A stretch of 64,000 bases of DNA from a virus, in the IMG/VR virus record IMGVR_UViG_3300045988_116984; one strand, 5' to 3'. This document shows positions 18,510-27,474 of the stretch, piece by piece. The notes beneath the pieces are model-generated. The model was not told where the DNA came from and searched no databases. It saw only the letters and a list, made by a program, of their open reading frames with translations. A program made the position numbers and the translations under genes. The stretch's first letter is position 1, and the number at the start of each line of letters is the position of its first letter.

Positions 18510-19178
18510 ATGCCTGCTACTAAAAAGGCTGTACCGCAGAATAATGATAATGCGGAAGATAAAACTGTTACTTCTGCTTCGTCTGGCATGACAGCAGAAG
18601 ATATGCTTGCTATGATTGCGAATTTAACGGCTCAGATTAATAAGCTCACCGCTCAATCGAACGGGGAGACAATAACGTCTAATAGCGGCGTTTCAAAGAT
18701 GGATAGGCCGTGTACATTGATTCATTTGTGTGAATGTCACCCGTCGTTGCCATCTACGATTAAATTGAACGGCAATGAGATTCGTTTCACAAAATTTGGT
18801 GAACGTAGAACATTCAGATTCGCAGAAATGCAAGATATTACATCCCGTTATAGAGATTGGTTTGAGCGTGGTATCTTTACGTTGGGTAGTGACTGCGACG
18901 ATATGGTAGACGAGTTTGGGCTTGAGATTATGGACGTCCCCATGTCTGCTTCTCAATACGCTCGAATCGCTAACCTGCCTATGGCGGAGTTCAAACGTAT
19001 CGTTGATGGATTATCTTATCCGATGGCGCTCCGTTTGGCACAGACGTGGATTAAACGCTACGAAGCAAAACAGGCGGGATATTCCAATCTTGAAAAAGTC
19101 AAGATTTTAAATAAGAAAACAAAAGGCTTTATGAAACAGTTCATGTCTGACTTGTTAAACGAGGGGACAGAAGAATAA
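18510..19178 (+). CDS. hypothetical head/neck-module protein
   Basis: 222-aa ORF with an AAAGGAG RBS. No motif recognised. Confidence 0.4.
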   Translation: MPATKKAVPQNNDNAEDKTVTSASSGMTAEDMLAMIANLTAQINKLTAQSNGETITSNSGVSKMDRPCTLIHLCECHPSLPSTIKLNGNEIRFTKFGERRTFRFAEMQDITSRYRDWFERGIFTLGSDCDDMVDEFGLEIMDVPMSASQYARIANLPMAEFKRIVDGLSYPMALRLAQTWIKRYEAKQAGYSNLEKVKILNKKTKGFMKQFMSDLLNEGTEE

Positions 19179-19190
19179 GGGGGAAAGTTT

Positions 19191-19901
19191 GTGGCCGGGA
19201 CATCTTATTTTACTGTATACAAAAGGGCCATAACAGAGTTCAAAGACCCTACTCTAAAAAATCTTTTAGAAAATGACACTGTTATGTTCAGCCAAGTTAT
19301 GTATAATTTCTTGGAGAATGCGATTTCTCTTTTCACAAATCCAATTCCGGCGCAAAAACGTGTGAACGACAGGGTTCCTCCTAAATTTTATTCTCAAACC
19401 TTTATAGGTGACGGGAGTAATAAGCAATTTGCATTAACTGACGCGCCCGATGCTTCTTTGATTGATGATTGTCTTTTTGAATATACTGTTGACGGCAACA
19501 AAGTAAAAGGCGTATATACTGCTGTTGCTGGTGGAGAAGTTGGAAAAGCAATTGTTGGCAAAACTCATACTGAGGGAACGCCAACAGTAACGCTTGACCC
19601 TGCTCCATTTGATGGAGCTGAGGTTGTGGTCAATATTTATTATGTTGGCAACTGGAATATCAATCTTTATCCTATGGAAGAATATATTCTCTCCGAGTTT
19701 ATTATGGCGGCTTGGTCGGAATACATTCAAAATGATAAGCTTGATATTGTCAGGTTGCTTGGTGATACCGACTTTAAACTTACGTCAGTATCTTCGGCAA
19801 CAACTTCAAAATCAAGTTGGTATATTGTGAATAGAGAGACTGTTACTAAGCGTATGACAAAATATGCATGGGATGCGGCTATTCAGAGGTTATACCCATG
19901 A
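19191..19901 (+). CDS. hypothetical head-tail connector-region protein
   Basis: GTG start with a GGGGGAAAG RBS. Contains one VGKAIVGK motif. Confidence 0.4.
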   Translation: MAGTSYFTVYKRAITEFKDPTLKNLLENDTVMFSQVMYNFLENAISLFTNPIPAQKRVNDRVPPKFYSQTFIGDGSNKQFALTDAPDASLIDDCLFEYTVDGNKVKGVYTAVAGGEVGKAIVGKTHTEGTPTVTLDPAPFDGAEVVVNIYYVGNWNINLYPMEEYILSEFIMAAWSEYIQNDKLDIVRLLGDTDFKLTSVSSATTSKSSWYIVNRETVTKRMTKYAWDAAIQRLYP

Positions 19902-20161
19902 TAAAAAAATATTATGCTGACCTTGTAAATAGAGTGTTTAATGTATTGTATGTATACGAAAACGACATAGACTCCTTTGAAACCTATGTAAAGTCATTGA
20001 TATTTGAATTAAGTGGAAATGAGGACTTTTCAGAGATACATCAAATACGATTCAAACTTAATGCCTTGCTTGTAAACAACATTGTTCATTCTGATGTTAG
20101 ACATGCGGTATTAAAGTCAATCAGTATATTGGATAGAATATTGAGCAATTGGAAGGAGTGA
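19898..20161 (+). CDS. hypothetical protein
   Basis: ATGA overlap with the upstream stop. 87 aa. Confidence 0.35.
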   Translation: MIKKYYADLVNRVFNVLYVYENDIDSFETYVKSLIFELSGNEDFSEIHQIRFKLNALLVNNIVHSDVRHAVLKSISILDRILSNWKE

Positions 20162-20165
20162 TAAT

Positions 20166-21308
20166 ATGGCTCTTGATTTAAGAGGAATAAAAGCGGCCAC
20201 ATTCAACACTCCAACCAACTATGTCGAAAGCGTACAATACTACGAACAGAATTTACAAGATAAAATAAATGAGACATATCAATATGCGAGCAATACTTAT
20301 GAGATAGGGCAAGAGCTTGTTCGTGGGACATTAGATTTCACTCCTTTGGTATGTCGTGTTTGCCATGCCATTAACCCTAAAACTGGGTTAAACCTTGGTG
20401 ACGACTTTAAAGACCTAAAATTCTTCGATGTCTTTTCTCATAGAACTATGGGTGAAAGATATTGGTTTAATAATTCTGTTTGGATTACTACTAATACAGA
20501 CAACTATCATTATAACACACAATCTGCTATTGTCAGAAGATGCAATAACACGTTAAACTTAATTAATAGTAATGGATGTATTATAAGAGAACCATGTATT
20601 GTTGGTTATTCAATTAAATACGCCAATATCTATTATAACACTTCTGTCGAAATTCCGCAAGGGACGATTGTTGTAACAGCACAAAACAATGATATAACTC
20701 AAGGTATAAACATAAACGATAGGTTCATTCTTGATAATCAAGTGTTTAAGATTAAATCAGTCAAGGACTATCTTCGTAGTAATACTACGATTGGTGAATC
20801 TGTGCCGTTAATTGAGTTCGAAATGTATGTTGACGCTATTTCTCCTGATGATGATTTTGAGCTTTGTATCGCCAATATGTCTAGATATAAAGGTATATAT
20901 AAGCCTTACGAAGAAGTGAAACCAAGCGATAAGGCTACAAGCCTTGTTGGTGAGGCCATTGTTGGAACTTCGGTTGTTGGCGAATCAGAAACAAACATCG
21001 GTGCGATAGTGATAGAGCCGTATCCAGTGAAACTATATCAGGGAGAACAACAGACTTATACATGTTCGGCTTATGGATATGTTGCGTCATGTGGTTGTCG
21101 TGATTCTTATGACTACGAAGAACCGATAGATGTGGAATTTGTATTTAGTACAAGTGGTGCGAATCCAAACAGATATAAATTTGAAGTAATTGACAGAAAC
21201 ACATTTTCGGTAATGTGTCTTGGAAAGTCAACAGTGCCGTTGGTTGTGACGTGTTCAGGCGGTGGAGTTTCTAAACAGGTAACTATTGATTTAAGGGGGC
21301 TATACTAA
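20166..21308 (+). CDS. hypothetical structural protein with Ig-like C-terminus
   Basis: 380 aa. Contains LVGEAIVGTSVVGES. The C-terminal beta-rich segment resembles Big_2-type domains. Confidence 0.4.
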   Translation: MALDLRGIKAATFNTPTNYVESVQYYEQNLQDKINETYQYASNTYEIGQELVRGTLDFTPLVCRVCHAINPKTGLNLGDDFKDLKFFDVFSHRTMGERYWFNNSVWITTNTDNYHYNTQSAIVRRCNNTLNLINSNGCIIREPCIVGYSIKYANIYYNTSVEIPQGTIVVTAQNNDITQGININDRFILDNQVFKIKSVKDYLRSNTTIGESVPLIEFEMYVDAISPDDDFELCIANMSRYKGIYKPYEEVKPSDKATSLVGEAIVGTSVVGESETNIGAIVIEPYPVKLYQGEQQTYTCSAYGYVASCGCRDSYDYEEPIDVEFVFSTSGANPNRYKFEVIDRNTFSVMCLGKSTVPLVVTCSGGGVSKQVTIDLRGLY

Positions 21309-21309
21309 T

Positions 21310-21888
21310 ATGGTTTACGACTTAGATAGGATAGCCTATAATAAATTTACTGGTTTTTCCGACTTGTGTTATAACATTCTAGGCTATCTTATGACACAGA
21401 ACGAGAACATATGGAAACTTTTGAAATATGATACGCCAGATGCTCTGTCTAAGCCTAATCTCACGTTAGAAGAAAAGCGTAAGATGATTTATGACGGTGT
21501 TGGTGATTCAGAACATTATAATGTGTATAGATGCCCGTTCGTTGATGATGCTTTCACAGAGCAAACAAGCCAACTTAGAATATATTCATATACTATCAAT
21601 CCTAACAACAGGAGTATGTCCACAATTGATATTAATATTGATTGTATAACGCATACAAAGCTTGTTAATATAGATGGGTGTAAGAGTAGAGTTGAAGTGA
21701 TGGTTGAAGAAGTCTTAAAGACGTTAAACGGCCAAGAAATCAATGGCGTTGGGAAGTTGTTCTTCGACGCTAGAGAAAGCATGTACAATGCGGCTCGTTC
21801 AAGCATATTCAACAACAGATATTTCTGGGGTTATCAAATCACAATGTCTGTGAAATACGGAGAATTGGAACCTTTTACACATGGTTGA
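21310..21888 (+). CDS. hypothetical neck/tail-completion-region protein
   Basis: Tightly coupled 192-aa ORF. Confidence 0.35.
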   Translation: MVYDLDRIAYNKFTGFSDLCYNILGYLMTQNENIWKLLKYDTPDALSKPNLTLEEKRKMIYDGVGDSEHYNVYRCPFVDDAFTEQTSQLRIYSYTINPNNRSMSTIDINIDCITHTKLVNIDGCKSRVEVMVEEVLKTLNGQEINGVGKLFFDARESMYNAARSSIFNNRYFWGYQITMSVKYGELEPFTHG

Positions 21889-22657
21889 CGATATTTTAAT
21901 ACCATATAGACAGGCAGTCATTAATGACGAACCTGTTGAACTGTTCGATGGATTGGTGCTTCATCCAGTCAAGATGCGAGACTATATCACATTTAATGTT
22001 TGTTCGTCAATTTTGAAAATAAACAAAAACTCAACAAACGACCCAAAAGTTATTTCTATGTCATATTTAGACTATATCATATATCTCATGCAAATGGAAG
22101 AACGAGAAAAAGAGCCGGGGAAGCCAAATATAAATGAAATGTTCTTAGAATGTTTAATTCTATTGGTTACAAACAAAGACGGTGCGGAGATAAGATATGG
22201 AGTAGATGGAAAGAAAAAGAGTTTCATTGAGATTGATGGGGTAGTATTACATAAAAAAGAATTTGACAAGTTTAGAAAATTTATACTTGTTCAAAACATC
22301 CCTGACTACAAAGAGGAATATATCAACCCAGAGTTGGAAGCCGATTTAAAGAAGGCGGATGAAATCAGGAATAAAGGGAAAACCCCATGTGACATAGAAA
22401 AACAAATGATGGCAGTAGTGATTGGAAGTTCTTTGACGTTGGAAGAAGTTAAAGAAATGACAATCAGAAAGTTCTTTATTGCCCTTGAAATGATTGATAA
22501 AAAACTTCATTACACCATTCTTAAACAGGCAAGTCTATCAGGATTTGTTGAGTTTAAACAAGAAATAACTCACTATTTGGTTGAGGATAATAGAAGCATT
22601 GGCGACAGTGTTGTTGACTATTCTCAGTTCCAAAATAAAATAAATAGTGTAAATTAA
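21881..22657 (+). CDS. hypothetical protein
   Basis: 258-aa ORF that overlaps the upstream ORF by 8 nt. Confidence 0.35.
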   Translation: MVDDILIPYRQAVINDEPVELFDGLVLHPVKMRDYITFNVCSSILKINKNSTNDPKVISMSYLDYIIYLMQMEEREKEPGKPNINEMFLECLILLVTNKDGAEIRYGVDGKKKSFIEIDGVVLHKKEFDKFRKFILVQNIPDYKEEYINPELEADLKKADEIRNKGKTPCDIEKQMMAVVIGSSLTLEEVKEMTIRKFFIALEMIDKKLHYTILKQASLSGFVEFKQEITHYLVEDNRSIGDSVVDYSQFQNKINSVN

Positions 22658-22674
22658 ATAAGGAGGAAACTTAT

Positions 22675-23733
22675 ATGTCAAGACAATTTTTGGCTGGTGC
22701 TGCTACTGTTGACATGCTTGTAGGCGACCAGCTTATTGCTACGGCTACTACATTGCTTGATTCTTCTATCACTGTTGGTTCTACGGCTGAGGAAGTCCGT
22801 GGTGGCCCCGGTGCTAAGTTGCTCGGTAAGTATTATCATACAAGCACGTTTGACGTCAACTTGACAGACGTTCTGTTTAAGCTTGAGTATTTCGCGTTCC
22901 AGACCGGCTCTGCTATTCAGCAGATTGCTGATGTGTTTACTTCAGAGCAAGTTACGCTTGGCGCTGGTGGCTCTGGCACTATCACTGGTACCCCTGCTGT
23001 GTATCAGTCTTACGGTACGATTGGTTGGGCGGCCAAACCGGGTTCTGACGCTTATCAGAAGATTACTTTTACAGAAAAAGCGTTTACAGTTGCTGGTGCC
23101 AAAGAGGGAGATATCTACTGTGTGAAGTATATCAGCACAGATAATGCTGCTCGTCAGATTACAATTTCTTCTTCGTTCATTCCGAGCGAGGTTACTCTGG
23201 TTATGACTGCCAACCTGTATCGTGCTGGCGGACGCGGAGAAAATGACGTGAACAATTCTTCTAAGATTGGTATTGTTCAGGTTCTCGTTCCTCGATTCCA
23301 GTTTAATGGTTCTATGGAGCTGTCTATGACTTCTACGGGCGTTGCTAACTCCCCGATTGCTGGTTCTGCTTTGGATAATCCGTCTGCAGACTGCTCTGAC
23401 GGTGGTTACTACGCTATTATCACGGAGCAACTCTCAGGTAGTTCTTGGTATGATAACGTGTTCGCGCTTGCTATTGAGGATAGTGATATTGAGCTTGCAA
23501 CTACGACTGGTACGGCTACCCTTAGTGTTTATGCTTTGCCCCTTAATGGCGCTGCTTTCAAGCCGCCCTACGAGGATTTGACGTTCACTTCCGCCGCTAA
23601 CGGTACGGCTACTGTTACGCAGGAAGGTGTTGTAACTGGCGTTGCCCAGGGTAGCACGACCGTTACTGTCTCTATTAAGAATAAGGCGGGCGTAGAGGCT
23701 ATTGCTAATATCACCGTTCCTGCTGCTGGTTAA
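22675..23733 (+). CDS. putative major tail (tube) protein with C-terminal Big_2-like Ig domain
   Basis: AGGAGG RBS and capsid-like codon bias. The C-terminal ...ATVTQEGVVTGVAQGSTTVTVSIKNKAGVEAIANITV is a typical Big_2 pattern. No sheath gene is seen. Confidence 0.55.
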   Translation: MSRQFLAGAATVDMLVGDQLIATATTLLDSSITVGSTAEEVRGGPGAKLLGKYYHTSTFDVNLTDVLFKLEYFAFQTGSAIQQIADVFTSEQVTLGAGGSGTITGTPAVYQSYGTIGWAAKPGSDAYQKITFTEKAFTVAGAKEGDIYCVKYISTDNAARQITISSSFIPSEVTLVMTANLYRAGGRGENDVNNSSKIGIVQVLVPRFQFNGSMELSMTSTGVANSPIAGSALDNPSADCSDGGYYAIITEQLSGSSWYDNVFALAIEDSDIELATTTGTATLSVYALPLNGAAFKPPYEDLTFTSAANGTATVTQEGVVTGVAQGSTTVTVSIKNKAGVEAIANITVPAAG

Positions 23734-23757
23734 TTGATAGTTAGGAGCTGAATAATA

Positions 23758-24162
23758 ATGGCATATACACCTACTGTTTGGGCTAATGGTGATGTTATCA
23801 CCGCAGATAAGCTCAATAAATTAGAAAACGGTGTAGCCAATGAACAGGTGGGGCCAGCAGGCCCCGCTGGTTCGGCTGCCACCGTTACTGTTGGTAGCGT
23901 TACGACTGGTGAAGCTGGTACGGAAGCAACTGTGACAAATTCTGGTACTGAAAGTGCCGCTATTCTCGATTTTGTTATCCCTAAAGGAGCAGCTGGTACA
24001 AACGGTACTGACGGCGCTCCTGGTGCTGCGGGGGCGGCTGGCGCTTCCATTAAAGCGATTGAACTGTATACTAACGAGGCCGGTGGAGTAACTGGCGGTA
24101 AGGCAACGCTTACTGATAATAGTGAAATCACTATTACTGTAACTACCGCTCCCGCTGGCTAA
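23758..24162 (+). CDS. small collagen-like (G-X-Y) fibre protein
   Basis: The N-terminus YTPTVWANGDVITADKLNKLENGV is typical of phage fibre proteins. Two short G-X-Y runs are present (GPAGPAGSA; GAAGTNGTDGAPGAAGAAGAS). Confidence 0.55.
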   Translation: MAYTPTVWANGDVITADKLNKLENGVANEQVGPAGPAGSAATVTVGSVTTGEAGTEATVTNSGTESAAILDFVIPKGAAGTNGTDGAPGAAGAAGASIKAIELYTNEAGGVTGGKATLTDNSEITITVTTAPAG

Positions 24163-24170
24163 TTCGAGTT

Positions 24171-24203
24171 AAGGGACTACCATACGGTAGTCCCTTATTT
24201 TTA
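24171..24203 (+). terminator. rho-independent terminator
   Basis: AAGGGACTACC-ATAC-GGTAGTCCCTT followed by ATTTTTA. Confidence 0.8.
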
Positions 24204-24218
24204 CGTTGGAGTGATAGC

Positions 24219-24422
24219 ATGTGCCCGTATTCTGTGGATAAATCTGATATATTACACAAAAATTTAGTTTGTACAATTGACAATAAAACATGTGGGCTAT
24301 GGAGATATTGCCCAACCCTAAAGAAGCCAATTATGAGCGACACATATAACAAATATGGTTGTCGCACAAAAAATGAATTTGAAAACAGTCAGAAAGATGG
24401 TGATAAAGATGGACAAAGATAA
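24219..24422 (+). CDS. small Cys-rich hypothetical protein
   Basis: 67 aa with a GGAGTG RBS and six Cys residues. Confidence 0.35.
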   Translation: MCPYSVDKSDILHKNLVCTIDNKTCGLWRYCPTLKKPIMSDTYNKYGCRTKNEFENSQKDGDKDGQR

Positions 24423-24657
24423 TGTTGTTTTGGAGGACGTTAAGGCTTTACCCAAACCTAAGAAAGCGGCTCCAAAAACGAAAAAGATTATTGCTACCGT
24501 AAACTATTCTAAACCCTCCAAAAACTTAACTTCTGTGTCGTATGAAAAAGATGGCACTATCTGTTCTGTTTTTATAAAAGGTATTTATACGGATAAAGTA
24601 GAAATTGAATATACAGGCGACTCTTTTAACAAAGATAAGATTGTAAGTGTAAAATAA
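24409..24657 (+). CDS. hypothetical protein
   Basis: The ATG at 24409 follows GGTGA. 82 aa with a Lys/Pro-rich N-terminus. Confidence 0.35.
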   Translation: MDKDNVVLEDVKALPKPKKAAPKTKKIIATVNYSKPSKNLTSVSYEKDGTICSVFIKGIYTDKVEIEYTGDSFNKDKIVSVK

Positions 24658-24669
24658 GGAGGGACTTAT

Positions 24670-24975
24670 ATGTTTATTACAGTAGCTGGGACTCCTGCTG
24701 GATATGGATATTTTGAAATTACAGCAACTCCGAACGAAAATATTATTCCAGCCATGGTAGCCGAGATAAAAGCAAACGACATTAACAAGGAGCTTAGGGC
24801 CAATATTTCTGTTGGAACAATGGCTATTCAAGTTAAAGCGCCATGTAAAGTAAGTATAAATGGCAGAAATCCTGTTCTTGTTGAACCTGACATTGGACTT
24901 ACATTTGATGCCAGAGGGGTATTTTCAGTTGTTTTTGACACAGCAGTAGCCTATAATATTACAATCTCATATTAA
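24670..24975 (+). CDS. hypothetical protein
   Basis: AAGGAGGG RBS. 101 aa, beta-rich. Confidence 0.4.
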   Translation: MFITVAGTPAGYGYFEITATPNENIIPAMVAEIKANDINKELRANISVGTMAIQVKAPCKVSINGRNPVLVEPDIGLTFDARGVFSVVFDTAVAYNITISY

Positions 24976-24987
24976 TGGGGTGATTTA

Positions 24988-25254
24988 ATGTTGCCTCAAT
25001 ATGGTTTTAGGGTTGTTTACTATAATATAATCCGTGGGTTTAACAATATCAACGTTGGTGAATCTGGTGGCGGTGGAGACTACAATAAAGATGCTACGGT
25101 AGGTAAAGCTATTGTTGGTCAAGCCGTTGTTGGTTATGAATATTCTACGTATGGTGCATCTTTAATCGGAGAAGCCAAAGTAGATGAAGCAATTGTTGGC
25201 TATGTACCATCTAGCATTAATGTTGCTGTCGTTGGAACTTCAGAAGCAGTTTAA
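24988..25254 (+). CDS. hypothetical protein built largely of (V/I)G(K/E)A.VG repeats
   Basis: 88 aa. Contains VGKAIVGQAVVG, IGEAKVDEAIVG and VAVVGTSEAV. Confidence 0.4.
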   Translation: MLPQYGFRVVYYNIIRGFNNINVGESGGGGDYNKDATVGKAIVGQAVVGYEYSTYGASLIGEAKVDEAIVGYVPSSINVAVVGTSEAV

Positions 25255-25295
25255 CACTGATTCAATTTAAGTGATAAAATAAGGGGGTGGTTCCA

Positions 25296-25742
25296 ATGGC
25301 AGAAATATTAAAGCTTGCCTCAAGTATAGCTAGTGAAATTACCACTATTATTGCTTTGTTGGCAATAATACTTCCCAAATCCAGAAATGCTATTGTAAAA
25401 TGGCTCAAAAAAGCTTTAGAAATTGATAGAGTAAATAAAACACTAGATGAGCAAAGCAAAAAAAATGAAGAAAGAGAAAAACTCATAGGGGATTTAAAAA
25501 ACACATTAGACAACCACGTTAAAAGATATAAAGAATATACGGATAGAGCGCAAGAAAGAGACATATTTATGCTTAGAAGTGAAATAGACAACATATATCA
25601 CAAATATATGCCGCTTGGATATATTACTTCGACAGCCAAAAGTGATGTCGTTAAAGCATGGGAACTATATGTCGCTATGGGCGGAAATAGCTACGCAAAG
25701 TCAGAGGTTACTGACCTTATGGCATTGCCAGTAAGATTTTAA
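25296..25742 (+). CDS. membrane-anchored coiled-coil protein
   Basis: GGGGGTGG RBS before the ATG at 25296. It has an N-terminal hydrophobic helix (ITTIIALLAIILP) followed by a charged coiled coil. Confidence 0.45.
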   Translation: MAEILKLASSIASEITTIIALLAIILPKSRNAIVKWLKKALEIDRVNKTLDEQSKKNEEREKLIGDLKNTLDNHVKRYKEYTDRAQERDIFMLRSEIDNIYHKYMPLGYITSTAKSDVVKAWELYVAMGGNSYAKSEVTDLMALPVRF

Positions 25743-25749
25743 TGGGTTT

Positions 25750-25782
25750 AAGGGACGCACAAACTGTGCGTCCCTTATTTTA
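25750..25782 (+). terminator. rho-independent terminator
   Basis: AAGGGACGCAC-AAACT-GTGCGTCCCTT followed by ATTTTA. The stem base and flanks are the same as in the 24171 terminator. Confidence 0.8.
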
Positions 25783-25811
25783 CCGGAATAAAAGGAAAAG
25801 GTGGTGAGCAT

Positions 25812-26858
25812 ATGGCTAGAAAGACATTTAAAAAGATTATTACAAGTGAGGAATTAATTTCTCAAATAAATCCAGAGAACAAAAAAATAGCCGATAGGTT
25901 CTTAAAAAACTTTGCTACAAAACGCTCAGAAACATCAGTTAAGGTGTATAAGTCCAATTTCAACATATTCTTTTGTTGGAATCTCCAATATAATGATAAT
26001 AAATTCTTCACAGATATTAGAAAGTCTGAAATGATGGATTTCTTTGACTATGGCTCGTCTGAATTACAGTGGAGTCCAAACAGATATGCTAATGTTTGGA
26101 GTTCTTTGAACAGTCTTAGTACGTTTATAGAGAATGTACTTGACGATGATTACCCTGATTTCAGAAATCAAGTGAGAAAAATAGAGAAGCAGCCAAAGGC
26201 TACTGTTAGAAAGAAAACAGTTCTTACCGATGTACAAGTCCACAATTTACTCAATCATCTTTCAGAGACAAACACACAGCAAGCCTGTTTATTAGCGCTT
26301 GCGTGCTATTCGGGTGCTAGGATTAGTGAATTGTTCCGTTTCACGACGGACTTGATTGATTTAAATAATTTAGCATATGAAGATTTGTTCCTTGAAACAA
26401 CTGATGAGATTAAGACAAAGGGTAGAGGACGACTCGGTAAGGTATTATATAAATACATATTAAAAGCGCCATTTGAGCCTTATTATGTTAAATGGATAGA
26501 AGAACGCGAAGCTATTATGAAAGAGCTTGGTGTGTCACATGATTATCTATTTATCAGAAAAGACGGACAACCAGCTACTCCAGACACGGCGCGCGTATGG
26601 ATAAAGCAATGGGAGAAGTATCTTACGGACGAAGAACCGAGTAATAAGCGTCACGACCCTGTTGATTTATACGCCCATGCTTTCAGGCATTATCTGTGTA
26701 CATATTTAGCTAAGATAGGGCTGGAACAAGAACTTGTTGTCGAAATCTTTGGTTGGAGTTCATTTGATATGTTTAATATCTATAATGATATGACGGCCAA
26801 AGATAAAAAGTGGAAGGGGCTTGAGAAGCTCAAAAAAGCCATTGAAAAACAAGGGTGA
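25812..26858 (+). CDS. tyrosine site-specific recombinase (integrase/Xer/invertase family)
   Basis: Catalytic pattern: GARISEL (Arg), KTKGRG (Lys), HAFRHY (His-x-x-Arg), GWSS, and NIYND (Tyr). There is an N-terminal SAM-like core-binding region. Confidence 0.85.
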   Translation: MARKTFKKIITSEELISQINPENKKIADRFLKNFATKRSETSVKVYKSNFNIFFCWNLQYNDNKFFTDIRKSEMMDFFDYGSSELQWSPNRYANVWSSLNSLSTFIENVLDDDYPDFRNQVRKIEKQPKATVRKKTVLTDVQVHNLLNHLSETNTQQACLLALACYSGARISELFRFTTDLIDLNNLAYEDLFLETTDEIKTKGRGRLGKVLYKYILKAPFEPYYVKWIEEREAIMKELGVSHDYLFIRKDGQPATPDTARVWIKQWEKYLTDEEPSNKRHDPVDLYAHAFRHYLCTYLAKIGLEQELVVEIFGWSSFDMFNIYNDMTAKDKKWKGLEKLKKAIEKQG

Positions 26859-26862
26859 TTTT

Positions 26863-27453
26863 ATGGATAAAAATATCAAGATAAAAGAAATTATTGCTGA
26901 TGTAAAAGCTGGTAATAATTTTGCTGATAAAGTAAAGATTAGGAGATACATTCCAATACTTGAAAAGGGAGATATTGCTAGAAATTATCTTTTCAAAGTA
27001 AATTCTATGAATTTAGATTTAATGGACCCGGTTACCAAAGTGACCGAAACTGAGATGCTTTGGCGTTTCAACGTTTTGCTTGAGTTCACAAATATAAAAG
27101 TAGATGATGATGATATTACCTTTGAGAACTACGATGTTTTATCAAGTTCTGGTATTTTCGACCATATAAAAGAAGAATGTGGACTTGACTTTACGAAAAT
27201 GGAAAAGTTCATAATGGAGACAATGATGTTTAGCAGAAACGACTTTATGTCAGATATGCTAAAATCAGCCAATGGCGATAATCTCAAAGAGTCTTTGAAA
27301 GAGTTTAAGGAAATTCTGGGCGACAAAGAGCTTGTCAATAAAATGTCCGAAATCATTGCTTTCAACGACCCAATAGCAAAAGCGGAAATTGAAAAAGCAA
27401 AAGCTGTGGTGGCAAAAGAGAAACTGAAAGCGGATATTGAGACAAAGAAATAA
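26863..27453 (+). CDS. hypothetical protein (tail-assembly-chaperone position)
   Basis: AAGGGTGA RBS. Acidic, 196 aa. It is one of two ORFs preceding the tape-measure gene. Confidence 0.35.
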   Translation: MDKNIKIKEIIADVKAGNNFADKVKIRRYIPILEKGDIARNYLFKVNSMNLDLMDPVTKVTETEMLWRFNVLLEFTNIKVDDDDITFENYDVLSSSGIFDHIKEECGLDFTKMEKFIMETMMFSRNDFMSDMLKSANGDNLKESLKEFKEILGDKELVNKMSEIIAFNDPIAKAEIEKAKAVVAKEKLKADIETKK

Positions 27454-27474
27454 TGTGAGAAAAGGGGTGTTCTT

